From Catajapyx aquilonaris (Eukaryota): 64,000 nucleotides of DNA. The notes under the pieces are model-generated. The model saw only the letters and a list, made by a program, of their open reading frames with translations, was not told the origin of the DNA and made no database searches. The stretch spans positions 62,001 through 126,000 of the forward strand of contig KZ538517.1 in assembly GCA_000934665.2 (NCBI GenBank). Direction: 5' to 3'. Positions 49,475-64,000 of this stretch are shown one piece after another; position 1 is the first letter of the stretch, and each line of letters starts with the position of its first letter. The translations under genes were made by a program, and so were the position numbers.

Positions 49475-52400
49475 GGCTTCCCCCAGCCCTTCCGGGTGAC
49501 GCACCAACTACTATCGTCTGACCACATCCGACCAGATATGCAGCTCCAGTGCCATGGTAACTACCTATAAGACAGCCCAGGAAGGGAGAAAAAAGGAGAA
49601 AAAATGAGGGAATCGGATTGCACAAGCTGAGGTGATTTACGTCTAGACACGTCACTGCAGGAGTCGCCATGGTGATGGGAGCAGACAAACTGGACCACAA
49701 GACTCGTCTAAGCTCGGTTTCACAATAAAACATGCCATGACAGCCTGACTCAACTGGCGCCAGAGATAAGAAAAGCACGACCTGGCTGTGTTCAATTATT
49801 CCAATAAGTCAACGGGTGAATGACTCAAATCCGTTCAGATCACGCGGACTTACCAAACAGCATAGTCATACCCACTTTTACCAATTACGTATGTCCACCA
49901 TCTGTATGTAACGGTAGAGTCCATACACTTTTAATATCTCTGCCGTCCCCTAATATGCACCTGCCATGCATGAAAATTACAGTACCTTAAGATATCTTTG
50001 GCCACACGGTTCCTAACGGTGTGTGATGGCCAGTCCAGCAGATGCCGCAAGTGCAACGACACAGAGCGAGTAGGATGAACCGGAAGTGGATGACTCTTAC
50101 TAGGCGTGATTACGCACCACGGATAAAAAAAAGGAATACAGAATCACCAGGCTCGGTACGGCAAAAAGGCACGTCCGCCCGCTGCACTCTCACCCTGCAT
50201 TATCTTCCAAACCGAATTTTAGCTCTGATTGTACGGTTCCACAACCTGCACCATCACGTTTCCTCAATGCCCTCTCTCGCATACCATCCGCCCTTTTATG
50301 CGTCACCGTCTGCACGTCGGGGCACGTCTCAACAAGACTAGACGAGAAAGTATTCCAGAGTCGCCTGATGTTGCGGATCCTTTCCTTACTTACTTTGCTG
50401 CAGGTGCGGTATCATGCAGCATACCTAAGTATACCTTTGAATAACTCATGTCGCTCTTTTGCTCTAAAAGTATGAGATTCCCAAGCACTCATTTGACTAA
50501 TTGTGAGAGTTGTCGGCAGTCCCACACTAACTGCACGCCAACGTTCGTTTTCAGCAACACTGAACGAATAAATCAACCGAGAAGAAGCAAAGCACCTGCT
50601 TCATCACACACTGGTACACACGTCACGCTCTGTTCTTGCGGATGCGACTCTCCCTGCAGCGCACATTAATTATTTTCGGAACACCAAATGCGGAAAATTC
50701 GTCACCCGTGCCTTCTAGACACGCACCAAGAAATCTTCTTAATATACTTCCGGGGCAACAATCTGTCCAAACAATTGGACATGAACCGAGAGGCTGTATA
50801 CATGTATGGCTCCCACGCGTGCATGAAACGACAACCTAAACGCGTCCACTTCAAAAGACCAAATGCACCGTTCCACTGGCATACAGTACTGTCAGTGCGT
50901 GTTGCACACACACGCATTAGAGCGTGGGGACCGGTCCCACACCATACTGTTACACATGTAAAGGGGGTTTGACCACATCCAGGAAAAGGGCCACCAAGTT
51001 CTGAGAACATAGGTTAGTCCAACAGAGATGCGACACAATAAAAACAAGGGTGACACACTTAATGAACCTGTCCGATGTACGGCTATAATTCTAGCCTGGA
51101 ATGAAAATTGCACGTGCCGCATGACCCAAATTCTGGCCAAAATCGATATAATTCACACTAGAGGTAGAGCTAGGATGAGCCCCGCTGCACTTTTTCCCAG
51201 ACATTTTCGGTCCAAAAAATGTGCGAAAAAAACACAATCGCTCCTGAGAGAAAAAGAAAATGATTCTCAATGTGGCCATCCACATAAAAAAATATGTGGG
51301 TGGTAGATACCGGTATATCTTTTGTATGTGTGCTCACCTTTCTCCGCCTGCTCATGCCCATCGGTTGCGCTCGATTCCCAAACAACGCAAGTGTTGTTCT
51401 GCAAAGAAAGAATGGACCAACTTATGGCATCAGTCTAGTTACAGAAGATGACTGGCAGGAAGAATCTAGGGGGAAAAAATAGCCACTTTCTCAATGAACT
51501 CTTGGGCAGTCTCAAGTTCGTAAGTAGTACGTGGCAGGTCCGTACGCTTCAGTTACACACCCCGGATTCACTCGGTTTCACAGCGGCCTTGGAGGAATTT
51601 TCCAAGGAATACTGCCAAAAGTCGGGACGTTATTGAAAAAGTTAGGAAAAAGTTTTTTCGCTTCCTATTTGCGAACATATTTCATTGCTGTAGGCGAAGC
51701 ATTTGTGGATATGGACGTTTAAAACTTTCATCTTGAATTGCATTGACATTTCAATTGGGAGTACTGTAATGGATGGTAACCTTCGAGTCATAAATTACAT
51801 TTATATGGTCTGTCGCATACTACGCTCTAATTTAACTGCTCATCATACTGTGAATTTAGGTGATTCCAGAGTCAATATATGAGCAGACAATATCACAACC
51901 AAAGCGAAATATGTTCTTTATGAATTTCCCCGCCATATATATATATGGAGATATTGCTTTAAAACTGTATAGCCTACTTCCACAAAATTTCCGTACAAAA
52001 AAGCTCCATTTGGCAGATGATAATACACCTAGATTTTGACATATCCAATACCGTACCGGCATTCGCGTATTCCGTCTTCCACACGGCCCATTACATCTAT
52101 TTGATCTCTCGAGTCGCAAAATACCTAAGCTTCACATTTTTTTTAGAAGGCAATTTTCTATGGATTCAGTAACAAAGATGGGAGATATAAACCGACAGCC
52201 TGCAAGATGCGAAGCATAAAGGCCCTATGATTATCTTATTAAAATGATTTCCAAGCCGCCAGTTTCCGTGAACGGCCAATGAACCCGCCAGATAAGACTC
52301 TTATTCTTCGTGTTATTTTCCTCCCTCTCTTCCCCCACTCCAGAGTATATAATATAGTTCCATTCAGTTATTCCAACAACGTGCACCATAGTTTTAAAAA

Positions 52401-55400
52401 AAAGTATGTGATATTTGCGTGTCTTTGATTAAAATGCAACGCACCCGGCGTTTCTTTAATTCATAACGCGCAGCTCCGCCACCCTTCACATCTGATATAG
52501 GCCTTTCAGGCAAAGAAAAAAAAAATTAGGTATGCTGGTGATAATTACTAATTAGTTAGGCCAGGTGGCAACAGCGCGTGGCCTTGACTTTCTTTGCTGT
52601 AATTGGTCGGAGCAATGCAGTGACGTGTCACTGTGCAGGATGGAAACAATGGCGCCCAGCTTTGCGTCCACGTGAAACTATCGATTTTAATTAGCATGCA
52701 CCCGTCAGGATAATTCATGACCTGTGATTTATCGCGCCGATTCTCTGACATTTGGCGTTGGACAAAAATGGAGGGTGTCGATGAGCGATGTTTACCAATA
52801 GCCGAATGATAACAACCGACAAATATTGCCTCTAAAACATATGTCGAATTCCAAATACCTATAGGAATTTGAATATGAATGTTGCAATTTAAAAAAAAAA
52901 ACATATTTTTCTCTTCTATGCATGTGCCTAAACAGGGTCTGCATAAGAATTAACTCCATAATGACATACATGACAGGTTATATCACAGCCGGTCTGCATG
53001 TATGCAATAAATTACTATCGACTGCTATGATAAAGGCTAATCGAACGCTAATTTGCCAAATCCCTGGAGATTATAGTCTGCCAAAGCTAATCCCAGACAA
53101 AATATACCGCAGCTCCCAAAATATTCGAGCAATCTTCTGAAAAAATATCTCAAATTAGAGCTCATTCGCTTGCCAAATCCTCTGCGTTATTAAACTTTTC
53201 CCCAACAAAAAAAAAAGTTGCTCTTACCCTCCAAGCACACATCACAACCTACAAGTATCGGGCCTTAAATATTTAAATCAGGTCGAATATCCAACACCAC
53301 GGCATGTTTTGTGTATTGATCAGCTTTGTATGAACCCCCCAATATTGGAGCCAACCCCCAGGCTTTATAAGACTTAAGGTACACACTGAAAACCAGGTAA
53401 AACCAAGTATTAGCTACTCTCTTCCGCATGTGACAACAAAGGCTCCCCCNCCCCCCCCCCCCCCGAAAAAAAAATCAGCACGTTGCTGGCCATTTTCAAT
53501 TTCCAATAAATCGGCCAGCAGCCAGTGAGTTTAATTCCAGACCAAATGCCATGTGCCACCCATTGTAAACCCAGTATGTTACCGAACAAAAAAAAAACTC
53601 ACATTCCTGATACTTCCAAATTCACACATACGCACATAAAAAACGCTTGAAAATCACTCCATGTTGCCACACCGCGGGATACATTCCCCCAAAAAATCGG
53701 TCCATATAGGGGTGGGAGGGACACTCAAAATAAAAGTTTCACCCCCTACCCTAACAGAAAAAATATATATATAAAAAATGCCTGGTTGGAAATCCACCTC
53801 TGGATTCCGTATTATCGACCCATTCGCTGCTTCAGAAAGGATGGCGGAGGCTGCAAGGGAGTGTGGCGGAGGAGCCCAGCTCAAGGGGGGGTTGGAAAAG
53901 GGGAAGCTGCACAAGAATGAGACGAGGAACTGCGAACAATCGATTGCTTGCTCACACGCTAGGAGCCTGCTTCGCTTTTTCATCGCCGATTCCAATCCGC
54001 GATACACGTTGCGCTTATTGGGAATTCACGGGGGCCAGGATGTCACCCATCATCAATTTGGGGCTTAAAAAATATATGGTTCCAAATGTAGGTTCTTGGG
54101 GAGGACTATCCGGAGGGACAATATGGCTGCTAATTGCGAGGGTGCTAATGTTTGGTCAAATACAGAAGTCGCTGAAGGAATGCAAATTTAGGTATGGACG
54201 CAATAAATTTTTTTTAAAATAAATGGCAAAAGGCATGGGTAATATTTTTGGTGCAAATTTTCCAGGCACATGCATTGAAAGCATAAGCCTACAGTACGTA
54301 CTTGCTTTTTATTGAGGGTAAATCGGATAAGGCATGCCATACAAAAGTGTGGGTCCAATTATTTGGAAGTGGGTCTTGTGGGAGTTAAACCGATTACGGT
54401 TACCAATAACATTGCAGCTTTTTTTGTTTTTTTTTTGGGGGGGGGGGGGGNNNNNNNNNNNATTTTTTCACACAATGCTGTTGGAGTTTTCCGGGAGTCA
54501 ATGGAATTATTCATAGGAGTCTCGAGTGGGCGATGCAGTGCATAATGGAAACGTTCATAAATTAGGTCACGACAGTTACTACCTGCAATTCAAGTACCAA
54601 TGCGTTTTCATTTCAGCTGACCACACGTCCCTCCGAAGTCATTTGCCCCCCATTTATCACTGATAGGAAATTAAAAATGCATCATTAGCCCCACACATCT
54701 GCAGGGCACGTTCCCGCTAACAATCGTCATTTATCAGTTGCAAAAAACCGCATAATTTACAAATGTCTTCTGGGAATGCACACCAGCATCCCCGAAAAAA
54801 AAGTTTGGACAGTTACATAAATAAATAACCGAGTTTTTGTCAAATTTAAGCACCCTCACCGCCACAATTTTTTTTCTCTCTCAATTTTACAGGCTTAAAC
54901 CTTCCTCCGGTAGATTTAACTGCACTTAAAATTTCAGTCCTAGAGGGATTAACCCCATGATTTGGAAGTGGACATCAGCAGAAGGAAGAGCCTTGGAGCT
55001 AGGAATGAGGAAGGACGAATAAGGGAGTGACAAACATGGGTGAAGTGCAACGAAGGGTTGCAAACGGGCTGAGGCCAAATCCCTTCCCAGAGGAATTGGT
55101 AATCTTTCCACGCGAGGTAGTTTGCTGATGTGATTTAAAATCCATCTCGCCCTCGCTTCCTGCTGCTTCACATAGAGGTGGGTGGGGGTGGAAAATGGGG
55201 GGTAAATGTGCAGTACAACAAGGCATTAGGTCTGGTTTTTGGGAGGCGTCCCAGTGCTGCTGACCATGCAGATTAATATCCCTGACCCCGGCCCCACGGC
55301 CTGCCCCAAAATGCAAATGGCCTAATAGCGAGCTGTGTTTTCATTAGATCCGTCTGTACATTTTGCACGCAAACTTTAATCCACGTCTGATTACTCCCCG

Positions 55401-58400
55401 GCTTCCCTTCAATGCGAAATACATAAATCTCCTGAATTCCAGCAGGCAGCTTCCCTTAAGCGCTTTTATTCATTTAAAAAAATATCAATAGTTCCCATTT
55501 TGTGAGATATGGGTAGGGGAATGGTATTGATCCGATTAGCATGTAGTTGCTACAGGGTGGGCCCTGTAGACATTGTGGCGATAGTTGTTAGAAGAATGAG
55601 GGCACGGGGCAGCAATCTTGACACACTTGTCGAGTTTTTTTCTTCTTGCTGGATGGAGACGACCTGCACCTTTCCTAACGGCAACTGCTGTTTCATATGT
55701 GTGAGACACCCACTTTCCCATTCCTACCACAACACGGCGCATCAACATGAGTGTCAGCAGAAGGGGTAAAGCGAAAGATACTAATTCATTTTTAAAATGG
55801 AAACTTTTTCAGGCAACAATCAAATTGTTCACGATCACCAAATACAGCGACATTAATAGGGCATCATACGTATATGAAATCACATTATGCGCAACATAAA
55901 AAATTAAATCATCCTTCACTAATAATTTATATGTACTGCACAAACACCCTAAATATTTATTACCAAAAATACACGTGAGCTACCTTGGGGTATCGTGACT
56001 ATAGGAATGGTTTTTCAATGCACTTAGGCCATCTCCTGCATTCTTAAATTCACGTTACGTAAATTGGGGTGACGACATTGTCCGGAAGATCGCAGTTTAA
56101 TCATTAAATGACGTCATTACTTTCCGGTGAGGCACACCTGTCCTTCAGGTACCATCCTACATACCATTTGCGTTACAACCTACACCTTCCAAGCTCTATT
56201 TCGTTTTTCCCAGAATATTCAACCGCCTCTCTCCCTTCGAGCCCATAGCTATTCTTGTATACAGATGCTGGAGAACCGTGTAACTCGTTTTAGTTCCTTC
56301 CTCGTCGCATTGTTAATACATGAGAACGTCCTTTCCGCGAGGAAATGATGATGAGAGTTTTCGTCTGTCGCGAACAAAACTGAGCCCCTGCATCTCTCAA
56401 ATGGAAATTCATAAAAGCACCATTTTGAACTTGGGAGGCCCAAGGCAAGAAAGGTTTACGCTGGCGGAAAAGATGGATTCAGAGGACATCCGTCTATCCG
56501 GAAAGATGTCTGAAAAGACGTGCTAGGATCCGGCTGGACCCTTTCTGTTGGAAACAAGCAGAAACGGACCAAATATGAGAAAAATGGGGACAAAATTATT
56601 ATTCCGCTTTCGAGTTCAGATTTGCCTAAAATTCCGCTTCCGGAAAAAGCTTCGGTTCCTACATTTCCAGGACCTTTCCAAAGAGTTTTTGTGTTGTCCT
56701 CGTGACTGAATTAGTTATGGCAGACCATGCGGGCTGCGTGTGAGTGAATGCATACACAAGTGCCACTATATTTATCAACAGCTCACGCTTAACTTCTCCT
56801 AAAAATCCCCGCATATATTTATGCTAAGCTCCTTTTTTTGGGAGAAGAGTTGAAGTAGTTCGCGATAAATCAATCAGACCGAGTGCATGTTGACAAACGA
56901 ATGAAGTCATCATTTTATGTGGCATAACAAGTGTTCCTACTCATAAATCCTAGCTACGTAAATATGCATAATATACTGTACATTGATGCAACAGATGATC
57001 CGAAATTGGGAAGCAAAAAAATTTGACCTACATTGTGAGAACTTTCATGGATGATTTCATTTGATAACGTAATTGGTGCATGTATTATGCACATTAGTGA
57101 CAGGGTGTTTTGTACCATATTTGCACAGGAATGAGGCATATACACTGTACTGAACTCTAATCACGTCCGGTTTCTTACACGGCCGCTTCGGTGTTTTGTT
57201 CCGGAGTTCTTTCATTGCATTTTAAAAAGGAACCAGTCCTGCCCCCGACCGGTAGCGCTGGCCTCTAGCTATTTATCTATGCAGATACAGTGCTGTGCCC
57301 TTGTACAGTATCTAGCACAGTGTTTACTCCAATTTTAAAATCCCAGTCTGAAGCTGAAAAATTGCTAAAATTCAAAATAACGAGCATTTCCTGCAGCATT
57401 GGCCACATACGATAAGAACCAGCAGGCTAAGTGTTACAGTTACAGCTTACGCACACACAACGTACATATTGGCACATAATCCAATCGCTGTGGTTTCCGC
57501 AATGTTGTCACAATTCAGGGCTTCCGTGCAATATAGCCAAGCAGCAAAGCGAGAGGTCAGGTCAGGCCCGCGACCCGGATTCCTCAGAGAAAACCGGACT
57601 GGCTACCATTTGGTGGTAAGCTACTCTTGCTAATGGTGATGGCTCTTCTCCATCGCACCATAAAGTCAGTGGTTGCAGCAGGAAGTTGGGGAGGGGCGGG
57701 GTCCATTTGCAACTGGGACCTTCCGCATTGTAACCAAGGACGCTCACCCACTTCGTCTTGCTCATGGTCAACCTGAATCTTCACCATTGTAACTTTTCGG
57801 GCAAGAATGGGGCGTGAAATCCGCGATTTTAGGTTGAGGGTTTGAGTCCGTTCAAGTGCGTCACTTGGCCTTGTTTGCAATTGAACAAGTTGTATAAACA
57901 TGGAGTAGAAATGTTTTCGGGATATTGCTTGCTTGCATATTGGTGCCACGAGGGGGTTTTCACTCGTTGTGGGAAATAATTACAGTTATATATCGAAAAT
58001 GGCGCGCCCAATAACCGTTTCTCCGTGGAAAAGTGAAAGCTTTAGGCAAGGATACAGCACTTTATAACTGTAGGTTGAATCAACCTGACGGGTCGGAGAA
58101 GAAAAACAAACCTGTCTGCCTCGATTTTGCCGCCAATATATACGTCCATGCAAAATGTACCTTCTGTACTCAATTCCCAGAGAGCCAACACAATATTTTT
58201 TTTTAAAAGGTGCCCTAGAGATATTGCCCTTTCTAACAGTACATGGGAACTTTATGAACACCTCCTACCTACAACCCCCATAGTTTCGCACGATTTGAAC
58301 AACTTCCCAGATCGGTATCCCAGAACTCACGTGCCGCTAATTAGACATGCCAGAAACATGCAATTAGCCCTTTCAAAACCCCCGACTTGATTTAATAAAG

Positions 58401-61186
58401 CATACCTGCAGTAATGTCATTATACGAGTCGTACCAAATCACAATCGGATGACAACCCCGATTTGTTCCAACTCAAGATGTCAATAGCCAGTAATTTGCA
58501 GTGTATGTGGCGGCATTCTTTTGAGTGAGACAAAAGAGGGGGATTTGAGTGAAAAGAAGTAGAAAAAAAAACAACCCCAAGCGAGGAAGGATGGTGGAGA
58601 GGGTCTTGAGGGAGATAGAGCAGGAGATAGAGGGGACACAGATCCCACGATGCACTTTTCGTCGCGTTCCTTTCCACTGTTTGATCCTTTCCGAGTCAGA
58701 TCCACTCCTTGCGAGATTTCGATCCGAGGCGAGAACTATCTGAAGTTTTTTTTTTTTTTTCTTCTGGACATTTCCCAATGCAGGAGCAATGACTTCGCAT
58801 TTCCCTGAACTTGTCAAGAGCATTACACAGGAAGTGTGTGAAATTGCGAAAAAATGTGCGCTGCAAAAAATGGGGGTACCGGTGCAGATATATAGACACA
58901 AGAAATGTTTGCACTGCACAGTGGTTTCAGGCCATAAATAATGCAGCAAAAATGATGATATACCATGATGCTACATGCACACAGTACACCGTGGAACTAT
59001 GAAATTTTTCATAATTCACGGATGACAGTGATCAGAAAGGAAAATCCTGAGTAAATACCATGCAGTACACCTTCCCATCTCATTCCACCTGGGAAATGAG
59101 CACATTTCACAAAAAACCAGAGAATATTGCACATCGCGGAATTCCACCACGACTGATTTATACCTTATGAAAAATGAAAGCTGCCCTTAACTGTTGGGGC
59201 CAATCGTAAAATATGCGTATCGACCCCGATTCCGCCATATCCATCACTATAGTTATAGCGTTCCAAGCAAATCCCATAATATTCCTATTTGCTCTTTGAA
59301 CCGGAGCCGCCTTTTACTCCGATTCTCTTTTTTACTCTCTTCTTCTTCTTCTTCTTCTTCTTCTCTCCTCCCCCTTGACAAGGGCAAGAAACATTGGATG
59401 GGAAGACCGTCGGGACATAGAAGAATAAAGAAGTGAGTGTGGTTGGGCACACGGAGGCAATTTAGAGGATTGCTTGCCTTTTCCCTTGTGCCTACAACTT
59501 TCCAACTTCTGTTGTGTTTGTATCTAGAGCAGGATATTGCTGCGGAATGCTTTTTGGCCCAGCCTTTTCTCCATTTGCTATTAATAATTTCCTATCTGGT
59601 TGGCATTATTGTTCCGGATAATTGAAGCTTTCACACTTTGTTTGCAAACACTTTGCGTTGGTTTGTGAGCAAAGAAGAGCTAAGCAGCCTGGAAAATATT
59701 AACATAAAATGGAAAACAATGCAGTTGTTTTGCATGACAATATTGGCATGTTTCGCATCCGTTGGCCTGGGCTGTTAGCGCTAATTTTTCACTCAATAAT
59801 GATGGCGTCCTTACAGTTGTGCAATTGAATTCATACACTTGTTTGACACGCTGTGAATATGTGCTGTCACAATAAATCGCGCCCATTCATAGCGACGTTC
59901 AGAGAAAGAAAGGTGCTTACAAAAGAAGTAATCACCATTGAATCTCTCGACAAAGGGTGACAAACTTTTCACACCAAATTTATCACCGATATTTGCAACA
60001 TTTTTACTATCTTTTTTTTCAAACCATCAATGGCCTGCATGTGTGTTACTTATATAAATGTCTATTAAAAATACCTCGCTACAAATTCGCCTTTTATCTA
60101 CACCTCTACCGCAGTCCTCGACCAAAATATTTCCCTGATTACTACTATCACTACTGGCACTGTCCGCACAATTTATAGCGGAAATAGTCTATTACAGTCC
60201 TATATACAGACGGTCCATACACTTAATTAGATTATTCGTCCCTCTTTGCCATAAATAATGAACCTATTTTTTCCTAGCCTCGCGGCACTCTTGATGAGAT
60301 CAGTCCTGATGGTCCCTATGCCCTCCAAAATAGATTAGAAGGTGCGAGTAGCGAATGACACGAGACCATCAAAACGTTTCGCCGCAACATGGTTTATCAA
60401 ATGTAACCGGCGGCTGGGAAGTAGTGAGCACTCGAAAATTGGCGGCCCTGCTTGACTGGATAGATTGGAAAGAGAGCAGAAAAATATGTGGGCTGTGGAT
60501 TGTCAGCTATGCCAAGCGTACACTCGTTGAAAGGTACCACTGACCTCTTTTAGAGAAGCCTCGTTGGCATCTTTGCTAGATGTGATTCAATAGGGAAAAA
60601 ATGTTCTATTGTAGTCTATTACATGGGTTGGGTATAATAGCATTCGACCTCTTTCATATAGTGGAGACCACGTGATTTATCGCAAAATTTTTTGAGAGGC
60701 ACTCGACTGGATTGGCCGATTGTTACATGTTGACATTCTCCTTCCCGGGGTTTACCAGCATTGTGCTTAATTCAACTAGAAGCACCGTTAAAGGACGGAT
60801 TTCAAGGCACTATTTTGATACGTTTCGCTCTGGAGATGGATTAAGAGAAGAAGAAAAAACTATACCCGTCTGCAGCGCCTTTCATGCCGGAACAAAGGCG
60901 GGGACTTGAAAGCCAAGCAAAACTTTCCTCAAGGCCCCCTAACTCCATTCGTAATTTCAACAATTGGATTTGCCACTCAATTTAACATCAAACTGCGAGC
61001 GCCCATTCCCCCAAGGTTGGCAATACAACTTTTCAGTACCCGCATCCAGCTAATTTGCACTGTTCCGGACAATCATTACCAATTCGACCCGCACTTGCAA
61101 TATACACAAACGCACGTGTGCATTAGTACAAAAAGAAATGCAGCACTGGATATCCCTTAATGAAGACCATGCCAAGTGGTACTTAC

Positions 61187-61530
61187 CAGGTACGTGTAAT
61201 TACACCCGTATCGTGCACCTAATCCGGTGTGGTCCAGTCCCTGCAGCTTGAACAGGCGGATGTTACCAGGCCAGAAAGCTCTCTGCGACTGGTTTGGTTG
61301 GTGGGTTGCTTGCTTGGTTTAGCCCACCCCTCCCCGGGACTCCCACTCTCCCTCCACGATCAAGGGGAAGGAGAGGAAGGCAAAAATCCGTCACTATGGC
61401 AGCAGCGCCGCCCCAGTCGACATCACGCCTTGCTGACCTCACAGTCAGGAAGAGGTTTGGCAACGTGGTCATTTTCGTGTCCTGTCACACCCCCCTGGAG
61501 ACGGCTGCATCATCGTCGTGTCATTAATTG
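61187..61530 (-). other. Possible 5'-UTR exon of the PH-domain gene
   Basis: GC-rich block ending at a consensus donor CTG|GTAAGT; 5' boundary uncertain. Confidence 0.35.
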
Positions 61531-64000
61531 CAACTGGACCATTGTTGACTGGTCATGACCGCCAAAAAATGCGCAATTAGGTGTAATTGGGAGTTATTTT
61601 TTTATGCGGGCCTGTATTTCAGGGGATATGAGGAATTTATTCATTAAGCTGATGTTGGGACGTGAGTGTGTCTGGCATATGGTGAAAACAGAGTGTGGCT
61701 CAAAAATAGAAGGGAGGCTTAATTTGGATAAAAAAATTACTAACTTCCTTCATTTATTATTTAGTAATTCCTGCGTGTCCAGCATCTGCCCGTGACTCTT
61801 GTTTATTATAAGCACGTTTCTTCCGTAATCCCCTAGGATGTAAATAAATAAACTCATTAATATAAAATAACCCTCAATGGAAAGGGCACATACTGTGTGT
61901 GGTTGGCTGAAGCCAGAAATTACTATGACAATCGAAGCATTTCCCGCAAAGGTCATGTCTGGATTTTCTCCAGAAACATATAAACTGTGAATGTGTGGTT
62001 TAAACTTTAACACCTAAAATGCAAATCTCAGTCACAATATAGTCGTGAAGGATTTTAAGATGTAAAAGTTTGACGGTTCTTCTATCTTTTGAATTATTCC
62101 AACAAACACATTATGCAGTAGTTCTGAGAAAATTCATACGGCTTTAATAGAGTCTATGCAAAGTGCAGTCAGGTTCGCCCGAATAAGGTGATACTCCATA
62201 TCAAACGAGGGCGGATCCAGCAGACCGTTTGACCCCTCTGGTATTATTATTTAAATCGACTTCTGGCAGAGAAACAGATGCATTATGAAGTGACATTTCT
62301 ACAGTACTGTATTATCATTTACTGTGCGAATGAGATTCTAGAATGACATGAAAAATTAAATCCATATATCCAATTAGCACAAGACCAATGTAGTGCCCAA
62401 TTCGTCAGATCAAGAGATATACCTGTAGCCTACAGGGGAAGAAGGTATACACTGTTTATATATTGTAAGTATAGTGTTTAGTTATACTCGTACGTTTGTT
62501 TACTTGCTTGCTGTTAGCAATCTACAACATCATCACTTGTCCCAACTCATGTCCCCTTCTTGATTTGGGGACTTCGGAAATCTACTGTATACTCTCAGCA
62601 GTATATGATGGTACAAAAGCGTAAAGAGCCAAATCTAGTAACTTCCAAACGCATGCAAAATTATGCCATTGTAGGTTATGATTATGAACCATACTAATTC
62701 ACGAGTGATGCCTATTTTATGCTATAATAATGTTGTTTCGCAGCATATTCGCTATGCCATTTCGCATTTAGTGAGTTTCGAGGTAAGTCCACTTTCAAAC
62801 CGAATAGTGCAGAGAGAAATATGGAGCCAACAAAAGACATTCATTAACATTACTTGAGACAATGACTCGCAAATAAAGCATTGTTCTATAGCTATTTTGT
62901 AATATAATATGGTACATTAACCTGTGATTATACAGTACTGTATATAGAAAATGCCATCACAGATTTACAGTGTCACATTACTGCTGTAAACGGCATTACA
63001 TTATTGATGCGGAAGTGTAAAACATATTCTATGTAATATATTCGACACAATAAACTCGCTACATTGACTATGGCTGCAACTTGACCGTGAATAATTATGC
63101 CCATTATATCGACACACTACCTATATCTCCATGTAATCTACATTAGGCCTATACGCTATAATCATGTTTTAAAACCATTACGTACGTACTGTGCTATCGG
63201 TCAAAGGTTATTGCGGACACTTAATCTTTTAGGCATACAGTAAATTAATATCCTGTTTCAGTATAGGGAGGTATTGTTATGTCCGAGCTTTCAAATGTAT
63301 ATATTTCAATTTTTAATACACTACATACAGGAAGGCAGACATGCACTTTCCTTACTTGTTGAAAAGCCCTCATATTATGGAAAACTCACACTTTGAGCAG
63401 TATCATGCTTATGTCGAGAACATCTTGACCTGGCACGTGCCAAGACAAACTAGCTCACAAAGCAATTCAAATTTGCGTTATTTCTCACGAGGACACACAA
63501 AAAAAAGATCATCGTCTTCGTAGAGGGTGAAAAAAGTCAATTTCCCTCAGGGAGAGGTAGGAAACTCCTTTATCTTTAATCGGAAGGCAGATGCAGTGCA
63601 GTGTGCGTCGTGGCGATGCTTTAATGGAATTTATGTGGCGGTTGATCTAGCCGGATAAGCGGCCGAATTTCGTTCTGGAAATTGCGTTCTCTCATTTTTT
63701 TTCCACCATTTTTTTTTCACCCATCTGGCGGGTACTATAGGAAAAGGGGTACCATCAGCCTCTTGGCTTCTCCGATGGGATTCCTTCAGCCAACGACACA
63801 AGATGGGAGTCTGCTGGAATTTACGGCGCCCATGGGTGAACTGAAAACCCACCTTTCCTCTCCTCCCAAAACGACGCCAAATGTACATTTTTCACGGGAC
63901 TTTTCTGCCCAATTATTTCGCTACAACGTTGCCAGGAGAAAATAACGCACGCGAGGCTGGAGCTGATATTTCGCTGGTGTTGAAGGCTGGATGGGCTGGG

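Noticed and set aside
1..64000. CRISPR arrays, operons or other prokaryotic systems
   Set aside because: No spacer-separated repeats; spliceosomal introns and low coding density show eukaryotic DNA.

Overview
Eukaryotic, intron-rich genomic DNA, most likely an insect draft assembly (N bases sit mostly next to poly-G/C runs). Two spliced protein-coding genes can be rebuilt by hand, both on the minus strand. (1) A prolyl endopeptidase (PREP/POP, peptidase S9A), about 36688..26788, has an intact Ser-Asp-His triad and a 707-aa core starting at the ATG at 36160. A spliced 135-aa N-terminal extension starts at the ATG at 36688. (2) An uncharacterised PH-domain protein of about 485 aa spans 49474..38607. 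The main finding is a pair of tandemly duplicated PREP exons (33197-33035 and 32506-32344). Both are 163 nt, share the same phases and are about 42% identical in protein, so they must be mutually exclusive. They swap the beta-propeller segment that carries the Cys255-equivalent S3-subsite loop. The rest of the window is intronic or intergenic: tRNA-derived SINEs with target-site duplications, MITEs with 8-bp TSDs (one reduced to a 48-bp perfect palindrome), Helentron-like and transposase remnants, microsatellites, a 391-bp duplication across an N at the PREP promoter, and probable non-coding 5' exons. All splice models are read from the sequence only; no transcript data or database searches were available.
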